From contig CBDANS010000007.1 in NCBI GenBank assembly GCA_965197745.1, positions 192,001 through 256,000 on the forward strand: a DNA stretch of 64,000 bases, read 5' to 3'. This document shows, piece by piece, positions 1 to 10,067 of the stretch. How positions within the stretch are numbered: position 1 is the first letter of the stretch; each line of letters opens with the position of its first letter. The notes under the pieces are model-generated. The model was given only the letters and a program-made list of their open reading frames with translations. It searched no databases and was not told the DNA's origin. The position numbers and the translations under genes are program-made. The DNA is from Opitutales bacterium. Its GTDB lineage: Bacteria > Verrucomicrobiota > Verrucomicrobiia > Opitutales > PNEW01.

Positions 1-346
1 GAACGATACTGAGAGCAAAGAGCGCAATAAAGCATGCCGCTACAGACCAGGTAAGCGACTTTCGCCACCAGATTATTTTAGAGTCATCGACAGGTTTCCC
101 GAATCCAGTGTCAGCTTCTGATAAGGGCATATTGTCGATGATCTTATCCTTGAGATCAAGGGGTGGGTCAATAGCCTGTAACTTTTGGGCGAAGCTCTGA
201 TCAAAGGACATTTCCTCTTCCAACCAGGCTTTTAGTTCCGAATCACTCTCTACCAGTTGAAAAGCTTCCTTGAATAGAGGATCACTGGTATCGTCGAGGT
301 GTGGGCGATAGGTTTGAAGAACAGATTTTGCTTCTTCCTTATTCAT
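1..346 (-). CDS. Putative membrane-anchored anti-sigma factor (partial, runs off the window start)
   Basis: Not in the ORF track. ATG at 346 reads MNKEEAKSVLQTYRPHLDDTSDPLFKEAFQLVESDSELKAWLEEEMSFDQ...WSVAACFIALFALSI (N-terminal helical domain then a TM segment), directly downstream of the ECF sigma gene. Confidence 0.7.
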   Translation of the reverse strand, partial: MNKEEAKSVLQTYRPHLDDTSDPLFKEAFQLVESDSELKAWLEEEMSFDQSFAQKLQAIDPPLDLKDKIIDNMPLSEADTGFGKPVDDSKIIWWRKSLTWSVAACFIALFALSIV

Positions 347-360
347 GTTCAAAGATGGGG

Positions 361-891
361 TTAATCTTTATTTAAATTATTTGATTTTTTTAAAAGTGCT
401 TTTCTAAGCTGAGTTTTACCTCTGGAGAGGCGGGACATCACCGTCCCTATGGGTAAATCCAACGATTCGGCAATTTCCTTGTAAGACAAATCTTCCAGAT
501 AAAATAAAGTCAAAGGCACCCGATAAATTTCATCTACTTCGGACAGGGTCCTGACAGCGCTGCTCGCATCCAGCGATGTAACAATATCATGTGTGGTGGC
601 TGGCATCTCGGACTCCAATGCTTCCGGTTCATAATTGGTCATCAGGTTGCTTCTGCGACGGACCCTAAGAAATTCTCGGTAGAGGGTAGTGAAAAGCCAG
701 GATTTAACCTTAGAGGAATCGCGCAATGAGGACCCTTTCGTGGCCCAAATATAAAATGCCTGTTGCGTCAGATCAGCGGCATCCTCCTGGTTACCTGCTA
801 GGCTGTAAGCAAAACGGTATAATGGTTTATAGTAAGTGTTCACTAAATGGGTGAAATCCAGGGTGTTCTTATCGTCCTTAGGAGTGCTCAT
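361..891 (-). CDS. ECF RNA polymerase sigma-70 factor
   Basis: Region 2 (LYRFAYSL..DAADLTQQAF..SWLF) and region 4 (LSYKEIAESLDLPIGTVMSRLSRGK) motifs. Confidence 0.93.
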   Translation of the reverse strand: MSTPKDDKNTLDFTHLVNTYYKPLYRFAYSLAGNQEDAADLTQQAFYIWATKGSSLRDSSKVKSWLFTTLYREFLRVRRRSNLMTNYEPEALESEMPATTHDIVTSLDASSAVRTLSEVDEIYRVPLTLFYLEDLSYKEIAESLDLPIGTVMSRLSRGKTQLRKALLKKSNNLNKD

Positions 892-941
892 ATCCTTGAA
901 TTATTCCCGATGGTGCAATCTTTCTACTGGTAGACTTAATA

Positions 942-2030
942 TTATAATATCAGCATGGCATCTCCGTAACTGTAAAAACGGTAATTCTTCTCTATAGCTC
1001 TACGATATATCGCTTTCAACCATTTAATGCCATCAGCATCATCCGGAGAGAGAAAAGCGGCCACCAGGCATAAGAGAGTCGAACGAGGAAGATGAAAATT
1101 TGTCAAAAGGGCATCGGTGCTCATAAAAGTAGAGGGAGGGTAGATAAAAAGGCCTGTTTCTGAATGAAAATCTGCATCGATATTTGCAGGATCCTGTTCA
1201 ATTCCCATCGTTTTATGCCAATAGTCTTCCATCGTTCTAACCGAAGTTGTCCCTACGGCAAGGCGCGTTCCGATGGACTTTGATTTAAGGGCGCGGCATG
1301 TTGCGGCGGGAATTTCATAGTATTCCCGATGAATGATGTGGTCTTCTATGATCGCTGTAGAAATCGGTCGAAAAGTATCCAATCCGACATGCAGGGTAAG
1401 GTTAAAACTTTGAACATTTTTCTTTTCGAGAGCATTTAAAATTGCGGGAGTAAAATGAAGACCGGCGGTGGGAGCAGCAGCAGCGACTTTTTTTTCGGGG
1501 TCGGCATAGACGGTCTGATAGCGTTGAAGATCGAATGCTTTATGAGGGTCACGGTCATTTCGATGAATATAGGGAGGCAAGGGCAATGTCCCAATGCGTT
1601 CGGCAAGACGCACAATTGATTCATTAAGTTCGGGAACTATTTTTACGCGACACTCACCCGATTTTAATTTTTCCATTACGGTTGCGTGAAACTGGCCTTG
1701 CAAACTGAAATCAGAACCGGGATGCAGTTTACGGGCTGGTTTAAGCAGGCACCACCACACTCGGGAATCTTTTGTGGGATGGAGCAAGAGACATTCAACT
1801 TTGCCGCCATGGGGACGTTGTGCATAAAGACGCGCTTTCAGAACGGTCGCATTGTTTCGAAAAATAGAGCAAGACTCAGGTAACAGTTTCGGTAAATCGA
1901 AGAATCTATGATCTTCAATATTCCCGGTCTGGCGATTAACGACGAGAAGTCGAGAATCATCTCTCTTTTCAGTGGGAAATTGCGCAATCAAACCTTCCGG
2001 GAGATCGTATTCAAATAAAGAAGTATCCAA
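942..2030 (-). CDS. queA: S-adenosylmethionine:tRNA ribosyltransferase-isomerase
   Basis: FEYDLP..LIAQ, LPLPPYI, YQTVYA, AAPTAGLHFT, AVGTTSVR, TNFHLPRSTLL and RFYSYGDAMLI motifs. Confidence 0.97.
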   Translation of the reverse strand: MDTSLFEYDLPEGLIAQFPTEKRDDSRLLVVNRQTGNIEDHRFFDLPKLLPESCSIFRNNATVLKARLYAQRPHGGKVECLLLHPTKDSRVWWCLLKPARKLHPGSDFSLQGQFHATVMEKLKSGECRVKIVPELNESIVRLAERIGTLPLPPYIHRNDRDPHKAFDLQRYQTVYADPEKKVAAAAPTAGLHFTPAILNALEKKNVQSFNLTLHVGLDTFRPISTAIIEDHIIHREYYEIPAATCRALKSKSIGTRLAVGTTSVRTMEDYWHKTMGIEQDPANIDADFHSETGLFIYPPSTFMSTDALLTNFHLPRSTLLCLVAAFLSPDDADGIKWLKAIYRRAIEKNYRFYSYGDAMLIL

Positions 2031-2144
2031 TGTTATGTTAATGAATCAGGTTTGCTTTATCGTTCCGTTCACGAGGGGAAAAGTTAAAAAACGTAAAATC
2101 CGATTTCGCTTTTCAACTCTAATAAATTGCATTATAGGAATATT

Positions 2145-2588
2145 ATGAATGATCGAGAAGATAAGGTAAGCAATCTTCTAATGCTGTGCCGCAAAAAGGG
2201 GATGAGAATAACCTCGGTTCTGGAAAAAATACTCCCCCTGCTTGCCAGTAAGGAGGGTCCCGTAACCGTTAAGTCGCTTTTTGAGTCAAAAAATATCAAA
2301 GGGAGCTGTGACCCGGCGACGGTTTACAGGTTACTTCAAAAGCTGGAGGAGAAGGGTATTATTCGCAAGTTAGGGCTTCACGACCGCTCAACACATTTTA
2401 TCTTAAATAACGAGGAACAGCACCATGACTATGTTGTTTGTATCGACTGTGGTGAGGTTGAAACGCTGGGAATGGCCTGCCCCGTAGAGGATCTGGAAAA
2501 TAAAGTCAGCAAAAGCACCGGCTTTCAAAATGTTTACCATGAACTGCAATTCTATGGGGTATGCCCAGAGTGTGCTGATAATAAATAG
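2145..2588 (+). CDS. Fur-family transcriptional regulator (Fur/Zur/PerR)
   Basis: ATVYRLL helix, HHDYVVCIDCG and YGVCPEC zinc motifs. ATG 2145 preferred over TTG 2127. Confidence 0.9.
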   Translation: MNDREDKVSNLLMLCRKKGMRITSVLEKILPLLASKEGPVTVKSLFESKNIKGSCDPATVYRLLQKLEEKGIIRKLGLHDRSTHFILNNEEQHHDYVVCIDCGEVETLGMACPVEDLENKVSKSTGFQNVYHELQFYGVCPECADNK

Positions 2589-2637
2589 CAGAATACGGCA
2601 TTTTCCCATCGGTTCGCATTCGATGGCAGCATCGCTA

Positions 2638-3495
2638 TTATGTTGAAATATCGAAAGCTCCTTTTTCCCGCAGCCAGTCGATCCACCTTTGTCTAATGGG
2701 GCTTCTCTCAGGATTGGCAATCCAGGTGGGGGGATACTGAGGATCGTCAGGTGAATTTCTTTTTCTAATCCGTCTATTAGCTTCCAGCATTTTCTGCGTC
2801 GCCTTCTCTTCTTCCGTTGTTTCGGGGTTTTTATGAAAGCTGCAACCGACGGCTCGGCGGTCTTTTGAACCGCCCCACGTGGCATGCCAGAGTTTCCCTT
2901 GAAAAATAACGACATCGCCCGGTTCTGATTTACACGCGTAAGCGGGTATCTCATTTAAACCCAACCCCGATCTGCTCAAATAAGAATCATCCGATTCCGG
3001 ACCTTCATTAGATCCCATCAGCCCGATTCTGTGGAGTTCCTCATTAAAAGGGCTTAAGTGAGAGCCAGGGATAACACGTAGCGCGCCACTGTTTGTATCA
3101 AGGGGTTGTAAATATAAATGAAATTTTGCTGAATACCAATGAGGGACATCAGTATCGGGATGCCAGGGTGTACGATCGCCCGAGAAGTGATTGGCCGTTG
3201 AAAATAATGCGACGGCACCCTTACCCAGGAGTTGTTCAGCTGCACCGCATATCCGCGGGTCTTCCGGTAGCTTTTCTAAATAGGGAGTTTCTGGACTGAA
3301 ATTTGACCAGTTCATTTGTCCTCGTGCGCCCCGCGGCTTCGTATTTTTCCCCCTGGTGACCTTAAGGCCATAATCATATTCTTCGTTTATTTGTTTTAGA
3401 TCATCCGCGTCAAAGACTGAACGTAGAAGGATGAACCCAAAAGTATTAAAATGTTCGACCTGTTGTTCGGTCAAAATTTTATTTTCCTTTATCAT
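2638..3495 (-). CDS. Phytanoyl-CoA dioxygenase (PhyH) family Fe(II)/2OG dioxygenase
   Basis: LTEQQVEHFNTFGF N-terminus, WHPD (HxD), GALRVIPGSH, PGDVVIF..LWHA. ATG 3495 chosen as start. Confidence 0.88.
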   Translation of the reverse strand: MIKENKILTEQQVEHFNTFGFILLRSVFDADDLKQINEEYDYGLKVTRGKNTKPRGARGQMNWSNFSPETPYLEKLPEDPRICGAAEQLLGKGAVALFSTANHFSGDRTPWHPDTDVPHWYSAKFHLYLQPLDTNSGALRVIPGSHLSPFNEELHRIGLMGSNEGPESDDSYLSRSGLGLNEIPAYACKSEPGDVVIFQGKLWHATWGGSKDRRAVGCSFHKNPETTEEEKATQKMLEANRRIRKRNSPDDPQYPPTWIANPERSPIRQRWIDWLREKGAFDIST

Positions 3496-3647
3496 ATTAT
3501 AAAAATAAATTCGAAGACCAGCAGGAGTCAAGCAGGATGGAGGAACAGGGTGATCTTAAAAATCAGCTTGCATAAGATATTTGATAAAACGTAAATGCAG
3601 CGACGATACACAGTGTAATACCTAATTCACTTAAAAGAAAAGAGATT

Positions 3648-6248
3648 ATGTTACTCCGAGTTTTAACCATTACTATTAAAACGATCATTAGAATATCGAA
3701 TAAAATAACTCTAAGCTTATACTTTTGTCTGAGTATAACCTTTACCCCTCTTGCTGCTGATGTTGGAGAAATAAAAAATGAAAATCATTTTAAAGGAAGT
3801 GAATTACCTCCTTTTCCGGTTACGGAAGCTATCCATGAACACACTGGTCTAAGCGGGGCATTTGCCGGTGTTCATAACGGCGTTTACATAATTGCTGGAG
3901 GTATTCGCGATGATAATAGTTTAACCGATGAGGGAGCAAAATTCTGGAGTGATAATATATATGTCCTGGAAAAAACGGGAACGGGCAGCTATCAATGGAA
4001 TGTCCAGGGATCTTTTAAGTTACCACGACCCCTTGCTCACGGCGTAGCGATAACGACAACGAAGGGCGTTTTATGCATAGGCGGCAGTGATGAAAAAGAA
4101 TGCTATTCAGATGTATTTCTTCTAAGATGGAACAGCGCCGGACAGCGAATTGAGATCGAGACATTACCGTCGTTACCGCGACCACTGGCTTTTATGAGCG
4201 GTGCTAAACTCGGTTCGTCAGTATTTCTCGCAGGGGGTCAGGAATCAATTGAAGAGGCGCGCGCGACAGATAATTTCTGGGTCCTCGATCTGGAAAAGAC
4301 AAACGAAGATTTATTCCAATGGCGTGAGCTTGATTCCTGGCCGGGACCTGTGCGAGTCGATGCGGTAGCGGTTGAGCAAAGCGATGGTGCAACTGACGCA
4401 TTTTATCTTTTCGGAGGGCGATCCCTGGACCCTGGAATGGAAGACAGTGAGCTAATGGATAACTACCACTATAATCCCAATACGGGAGTGTGGAAACGCA
4501 TTGCTGATCTAAAATCAGATTATTCTCTGAGTGGCGCTTCCGGATTACCTTACGGCGCTAATCATATTTTATTTTTCCGAGGAGCGGGACAACAAATCCT
4601 GGCCTATCATACGATTATCGATGCCTGGGTCGGTGTTTCAGATCCTCCGTCTCAGGGCCGGTTATCTTCAAATGTTGTTCGGTGGGACAATGCTTATGTC
4701 TTCCCCGTGGCGACACTTGAGGAAGGGAGGAAAACCACGAAATTCTGGAAGATCGAACACCAGATTATTCGCAAGTTTGGCTGGTTGAACTACACGGTCC
4801 TCATCCTCTTTTTTATCGTGCTCATAATTATGGGATGGTTCTTTTCCAAACGCGAAAAAAGCACGGATAATTTTTTTAAAGCGGGGAAACGTGTTCCGTG
4901 GTGGGCAGCGGGAATAAGTATTATCGGGACCGGACTAAGCGCCCTCACTTTTATGGCGGTCCCCGCCAAAGCCTTCGCTACGGACTGGCTTTATTATTTC
5001 GGTTATCTTTTTGGACCTCTCCTTGCCCCCGTCATTATCTATGCCTTTCTTCCTTTTTTTCGCCGACTCAATGTTACCACTGCCTATGAATACCTTGAAT
5101 TGCGGTTCAACCTGTCAGTCCGACTGATCAGCAGCATTACTTTTATTTTATTCCAGATCGGTCGCGTCAGCGTCATATTACTGCTACCCTCGATCGCACT
5201 TTCGGTTGCGACGGGTATCAATATCTTTCTCTCGATCACGGTATTAGGAATAATCTCAACGGTCTATACAGTAATGGGCGGGATTGAAGCCGTGATCTGG
5301 ACAGATGTGATTCAGGTTATTATTCTTTTTTTGGGAGCAATTATCAGCCTGATTATAGTTGTCTTCTACATGGACGGTGATTTTTCAGGAATGTATATAA
5401 CCGCGATGGAGAATAATAAACTTCACATCGTAGATTTTGCTTTTGATCTGACTATAGTGACATTCTGGGCGATCATTTTCAGTATACCTGCCGGGCTTTC
5501 AGCGGTTGCGGACCAGGCTACAATCCAACGCTATCTGACCACCAAGAATGAGAAAGATGCAGCTAAAAGTATCTGGATGACGCAATTGATAGGTCCTTTC
5601 TCGGGATTACTTTTTTTTGTCATCGGGACTGCGCTCTACTTGTTTTATAAAGCACATCCCGCAAAACTCACTCCGGGTCTTGAACAGACTGATGCTACTT
5701 TCCCTCTCTTTATTGTGACCGAGATGCCGGCGGGAATATCGGGATTGATCATTGCCGCAATTTTCGCCGCCGCGATGTCCAGCCTCGACAGCAGTATCCA
5801 CAGCTCATCAACGGCGATCGTCACTGATTTCTACCGACGGCTGAAAAACGAAGTATCTGATGAGCAATGTCTACGATTAGCGCGATGGTTGACTGCGTTA
5901 TTTGGGGTCTTCGGCACCAGCCTCGCTCTTTACATGGGCCAATTCGACATCAAGTCGCTATGGGACATATTTATCCAAATTGGAAATCTATTGACCGGCG
6001 GATTAACCGGGATTTTTGTCCTCGCGGTATTTACGAAGCGAACTCATGCGACCGGTGTTCTCGTAGGATTTTTTGCCAGCGCGATAATTCTGTACCTCTT
6101 TAAAAGTCATACAAATGTGCATTTTTGGTGGTATACTATAACGGGCATGAGCAGTTGCCTTGTTGTCGGTTATCTTACCAGTTTGATAATTCCCTCCAGG
6201 ATAAAATCCCTGGAAGGGCTCACTATTTATAGCATGCCAAAAGAGTAG
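3648..6248 (+). CDS. Kelch/NanM-like beta-propeller fused to a sodium:solute symporter (SSS)
   Basis: N-half has Kelch-type GG repeats (IAGG, CIGG, LAGG, LFGG). C-half has SSS motifs (NFFKAGKRVPWW, TAYEYLELRF, GGIEAVIWTD, AAAMSSLDS). Confidence 0.88.
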   Translation: MLLRVLTITIKTIIRISNKITLSLYFCLSITFTPLAADVGEIKNENHFKGSELPPFPVTEAIHEHTGLSGAFAGVHNGVYIIAGGIRDDNSLTDEGAKFWSDNIYVLEKTGTGSYQWNVQGSFKLPRPLAHGVAITTTKGVLCIGGSDEKECYSDVFLLRWNSAGQRIEIETLPSLPRPLAFMSGAKLGSSVFLAGGQESIEEARATDNFWVLDLEKTNEDLFQWRELDSWPGPVRVDAVAVEQSDGATDAFYLFGGRSLDPGMEDSELMDNYHYNPNTGVWKRIADLKSDYSLSGASGLPYGANHILFFRGAGQQILAYHTIIDAWVGVSDPPSQGRLSSNVVRWDNAYVFPVATLEEGRKTTKFWKIEHQIIRKFGWLNYTVLILFFIVLIIMGWFFSKREKSTDNFFKAGKRVPWWAAGISIIGTGLSALTFMAVPAKAFATDWLYYFGYLFGPLLAPVIIYAFLPFFRRLNVTTAYEYLELRFNLSVRLISSITFILFQIGRVSVILLLPSIALSVATGINIFLSITVLGIISTVYTVMGGIEAVIWTDVIQVIILFLGAIISLIIVVFYMDGDFSGMYITAMENNKLHIVDFAFDLTIVTFWAIIFSIPAGLSAVADQATIQRYLTTKNEKDAAKSIWMTQLIGPFSGLLFFVIGTALYLFYKAHPAKLTPGLEQTDATFPLFIVTEMPAGISGLIIAAIFAAAMSSLDSSIHSSSTAIVTDFYRRLKNEVSDEQCLRLARWLTALFGVFGTSLALYMGQFDIKSLWDIFIQIGNLLTGGLTGIFVLAVFTKRTHATGVLVGFFASAIILYLFKSHTNVHFWWYTITGMSSCLVVGYLTSLIIPSRIKSLEGLTIYSMPKE

Positions 6249-6373
6249 ACTAATCGCTTACTCATTGCTCATTTGTGGATTAATATCCTCAACGAATAGA
6301 GCTAAATGGCACTTGAAAGTAATATGCGTCTATTATAAGTTCTTTAACCCAGAAGTATTAATCAGCGATCAAT

Positions 6374-6946
6374 ATGAAGCGGTCAGAAATCAATCAGTCT
6401 TTTCTCTCAGCAAAAAAATGCTTCGCGAAAAATGGCTGGGCCTTACCACCCAATGCAAAATGGGACGTAACCGATTTCGGTTTGGGTGAATTTTCACGCT
6501 TTGGGCTGACCCTGGTCAATCTTGCGGAAGAGGGTGAGTATTGTGAAAAGATCATGTACGTGAAAAAAAATCAGATTACGCCTTCTCATTGTCATAAAAA
6601 AAAGAAGGAAGATATCATTAGTCGACATGGGGAACTGGCAATTGTTGTTTGGCCTCGGCATCCCGAAAAATCAAAAGAGGGTGAACATTTTAAAGTCAAT
6701 GTGAACGGATCACCGCGTGAGGTGACATCGGGAGAAAAAATAAGTCTGAAATCAGGTGAGCGGGTTACTTTGATTCCAGGTGTCTACCACGAATTTTATG
6801 CTGAAAGTGAAGAATGCATGATCGGTGAAGTATCAACGGCTAATGATGATCTACACGACAATTTTTTTATTAATCCGGAAATTGGTCGTTTCCCAGGTGT
6901 TGAAGAAGATGATGAACCCTTAGTCAGTTTAGTCAGTGATAAATAA
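6374..6946 (+). CDS. D-lyxose/D-mannose family sugar isomerase (cupin)
   Basis: MKRSEIN, WDVTDFGLG, YCEKIM, HCHKKKKEDII, GEVSTANDD..DNFF. Confidence 0.88.
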   Translation: MKRSEINQSFLSAKKCFAKNGWALPPNAKWDVTDFGLGEFSRFGLTLVNLAEEGEYCEKIMYVKKNQITPSHCHKKKKEDIISRHGELAIVVWPRHPEKSKEGEHFKVNVNGSPREVTSGEKISLKSGERVTLIPGVYHEFYAESEECMIGEVSTANDDLHDNFFINPEIGRFPGVEEDDEPLVSLVSDK

Positions 6947-7076
6947 AATCAATGGCATCGAGGCACCGATGACCTGATCCTGTGGGGTAAACCATAAATG
7001 GAGCAGAGTTATAAGCGCTGACATCAAGAGGACAGGCATAACAGCCGGCGGTAATTGGGTCATTGATCATGTTAAG

Positions 7077-8039
7077 GTGATTGACATCTATCCTCCCCAG
7101 GATGCCTTAGCGGTAGTTGAAGATGAATCGCTGGGCAATGGAGGAGGGCCTTATAATATCCTGAAGGATTTATCAAAAATGGGGGTGGAAATACCCCTCG
7201 CCGGTATTGGTCTGGTAGGTGACGATAGTGATGGTCACTATATACTCGAAGATTGCAAAAAATCCGGCATCGACTGTCATTCAATAAAAGTAACGACCGA
7301 AGCGCCAACCTCCTACACCGATGTAATGTCGGTAAAATCTACGGGGCGGCGAACTTTTTTTCACCAGCGTGGCGCCAATGCGCTTCTCGACGAAACCCAT
7401 TTCGATATAAATGAAAGCAATGCCTGGTTATTGCATCTCGCCTATCTCAATCTCCTCGATTCATTAGATATCATTGATGATAGTGGTAATACCGGAGCGA
7501 CCCGCGTATTGAAAAAGGCGAGGGAGTTAGGTATGAAAACCTCTATCGATCTGGTCTCAGTAGAGAGTGACCTGTTTTATCGAGTATTAAAACCGTCACT
7601 GCCTTTTGTGGATTTTTTTCTCCTTAATGAGATTGAAGCCGAACGCATTGCTGGTATTCGACTCGTGAATGGGGAATCAGTAGATCTGGAATTAGTGGAA
7701 AAAGCCGCTGAGAAGCTCATCGGAATGGGTATTGGTAACCTTGTCGTAATACATTTTCCTTCTGGCGCGTTAGCAATGGATACAGACGGTAAGAAGTATG
7801 TTCAAGGTTCCGTGCGTGTGCCCGCAGAAATGATAAAAGGTACGGTTGGAGCGGGAGACTCTTTTGCGGCGGGTTTACTTTATGGTTTACACGAAGACTG
7901 GCCTATTGAGAAATGCCTCGATCTCGCGGTCTGTGTGTCAGCAAGCTGTTTATACGATGCAACTTCTTCGGGGGGAATATTACCTTTAAAGGAAAGTCTC
8001 GCGCTGGGTAAAAAGTACGGTTACCGCGATAGCGTATAA
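7077..8039 (+). CDS. PfkB-family carbohydrate kinase (true start probably about 7011-7023)
   Basis: GGGPYN, GLVGDDSDG, NEIEA and GTVGAGDSF PfkB signature. A conserved-looking GITAGGNWVIDHVK lies in frame upstream of the GTG. Confidence 0.88.
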   Translation: MIDIYPPQDALAVVEDESLGNGGGPYNILKDLSKMGVEIPLAGIGLVGDDSDGHYILEDCKKSGIDCHSIKVTTEAPTSYTDVMSVKSTGRRTFFHQRGANALLDETHFDINESNAWLLHLAYLNLLDSLDIIDDSGNTGATRVLKKARELGMKTSIDLVSVESDLFYRVLKPSLPFVDFFLLNEIEAERIAGIRLVNGESVDLELVEKAAEKLIGMGIGNLVVIHFPSGALAMDTDGKKYVQGSVRVPAEMIKGTVGAGDSFAAGLLYGLHEDWPIEKCLDLAVCVSASCLYDATSSGGILPLKESLALGKKYGYRDSV

Positions 8040-8081
8040 TCTGAAGCAAACAATAGAGAATAACAGGATTAAATCAGCATT

Positions 8082-10055
8082 ATGGTAATGCATTATTCCA
8101 TGAGCAGACTGGCGGAGACCATTGGATTACTTGTTTTTTCCTTTAATCTGCTAGCGGGTGATCCAATGCCGGGGTCAAGCAAAGATGATTTTAAAGAAGC
8201 GGCAATCGCCCTGGATGAGGTATTAGTCCTGGTAAAACCTATCCAGGAAGAGTTGCTTATTCGAAAAATGGGGGACAAAATCAGCGTAATTACAGATAAG
8301 CAGATTGATGCTTTAAATGCCCATGATGTGGCAACTGCTTTGCGTAGGATTCCGGGTGTGACGATATCGCGTTATAATATAGTGGGTGCCTATGGGGGTG
8401 CGAATGGTGGCAGTGTATTTATCCGAGGTCATGGTTCAGGGCGACCCGGAGGAGAAATTTCAACGATGGTTGACAGTATCCCGCGATTTTCAGGAGTATG
8501 GACACACCCGCTTCTGGATCTTATTGCCGTTAATAGTGCTGAACGGATCCATGTCTATAAAAGTCCCCAGGCAGTATTATTGGGTAATATGTCGTTTGGA
8601 GGACTTAACGTGGTCCCGAAAAAGAGAACGAAACAAGGGGTTGAAGGGAGACTGCAATCTACCTATGGATCTCATGGAACCTGGACATTACGAGGTGAAA
8701 TTGCAGGTAAGACCGAACAATTAAATTACACCCTGGGCAGCAGTTATCAAGAAAGCGACGGGCATCGATTAAATGCTGATGGAAGGGTTGATTCCATTCA
8801 TGCGCGTTTTGGTTATCAAATCAATGAAGATTTGGAATTGTCTTTATTATTTCTTCACACCGTTAGTTATGCCAATGACCCGCGACCGATCTCCTCACCC
8901 CCTCTCCCTGTGGTTGAAAGCTATAAAACGGATGGCCAGTTTTATGTTCTTTCCTTGTCGCACGAGAGCGAGGATTTTGAAGGTTATATTAAACTGTATC
9001 TCGATGACGGCATAACAAGCTGGTATCAATGGCATCAACCGCCTCCACCGCCAACACCTCCCCAGTCTTTTAATAATGTAACACGCTTTGAAAATTACGG
9101 ATTGCGGGCACGCGATATTTTCTCTTTTAAAAATGATACTGAATTTATAATCGGCCTCGATATTGATTTTTACGGCGGCGAGGTGGAAGACACTTTTTCG
9201 GATGGCACGATGCGCTATCAAGAGAACATGACTTTCAGGAATATCGCACCTTACTTTATCCTGAGTAGAGTATTTGGAAATTCGACTCGGATCATTCCCT
9301 CTGCAGGAATACGGTATAATAATAGTCGCTATTTTGGAGACGACTGGGGCGCTCAAGCGGGGATAGTGACTGAATTTAAGAGGACTAAATTTTATGCCAA
9401 CTGGGCGAGAGCGTATAACCTGGCAGGTGTTTATGCTTCAGTGTTAGCTCCAAGCTGGGGTCTTGGTGAGCGGTGGAAGGAACTGGACGCAGAAATCGTG
9501 AATCATTTTGAATTTGGTATATCCAGGCAGTTGAATGATACATTGTGGATCGATTTGAGCTTATTCAGTGATGAGATAATGAATTCCATTCGTTTCGATC
9601 CACCACCTCCCCCTATTTCTATGACTAACGAGGGGAACTATACCTTAAAAGGAATTGAGACAAATATAGTTTTTTCTCCGACAAAAAATTTAAACCTGTT
9701 TATCGGAGGCACTTATAACGAAAGCGAACCACGCGACGTGCCCAATCTTCCTGAATGGACATTCTCTGCTGGCCTCACCTATAAACCCCATGATCGCTGG
9801 ATATTAAATATTGATGCGCAGTATGTAGACAGACAATATATTCTCAATCCACGTTTCAGTCCCGATCAAGTTTCAATCGAAGAGTATTTGCTTTTACATG
9901 GGCGTTTAGCATACCAATATACTGCGCCTGAAAGTAAATGGAAAGGGACATTATATTTAGCCGTGGAAAACATCGCGGATGAAGCCTATGAGTACCAACC
10001 CGGGTATCCCATGCCGGGGAGAGGAGTTACCATAGGGATGGATATTAAATTTTAA
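8082..10055 (+). CDS. TonB-dependent outer-membrane receptor
   Basis: Signal peptide, plug (ALRRIPGV, FIRG, ERIHVYKSP), barrel ending ENIADEAY...PGRGVTIGMDIKF with a terminal Phe. Confidence 0.9.
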   Translation: MVMHYSMSRLAETIGLLVFSFNLLAGDPMPGSSKDDFKEAAIALDEVLVLVKPIQEELLIRKMGDKISVITDKQIDALNAHDVATALRRIPGVTISRYNIVGAYGGANGGSVFIRGHGSGRPGGEISTMVDSIPRFSGVWTHPLLDLIAVNSAERIHVYKSPQAVLLGNMSFGGLNVVPKKRTKQGVEGRLQSTYGSHGTWTLRGEIAGKTEQLNYTLGSSYQESDGHRLNADGRVDSIHARFGYQINEDLELSLLFLHTVSYANDPRPISSPPLPVVESYKTDGQFYVLSLSHESEDFEGYIKLYLDDGITSWYQWHQPPPPPTPPQSFNNVTRFENYGLRARDIFSFKNDTEFIIGLDIDFYGGEVEDTFSDGTMRYQENMTFRNIAPYFILSRVFGNSTRIIPSAGIRYNNSRYFGDDWGAQAGIVTEFKRTKFYANWARAYNLAGVYASVLAPSWGLGERWKELDAEIVNHFEFGISRQLNDTLWIDLSLFSDEIMNSIRFDPPPPPISMTNEGNYTLKGIETNIVFSPTKNLNLFIGGTYNESEPRDVPNLPEWTFSAGLTYKPHDRWILNIDAQYVDRQYILNPRFSPDQVSIEEYLLLHGRLAYQYTAPESKWKGTLYLAVENIADEAYEYQPGYPMPGRGVTIGMDIKF

Positions 10056-10067
10056 AGAATCACCATC

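Noticed and set aside
2403..2954. 183-aa minus-strand ORF
   Set aside because: It overlaps both the Fur-family and PhyH genes and has no recognisable motifs.
8040..8081. Riboswitch (cobalamin/TPP) upstream of the TonB receptor
   Set aside because: The intergenic space is only about 40 nt and no aptamer motifs are visible.
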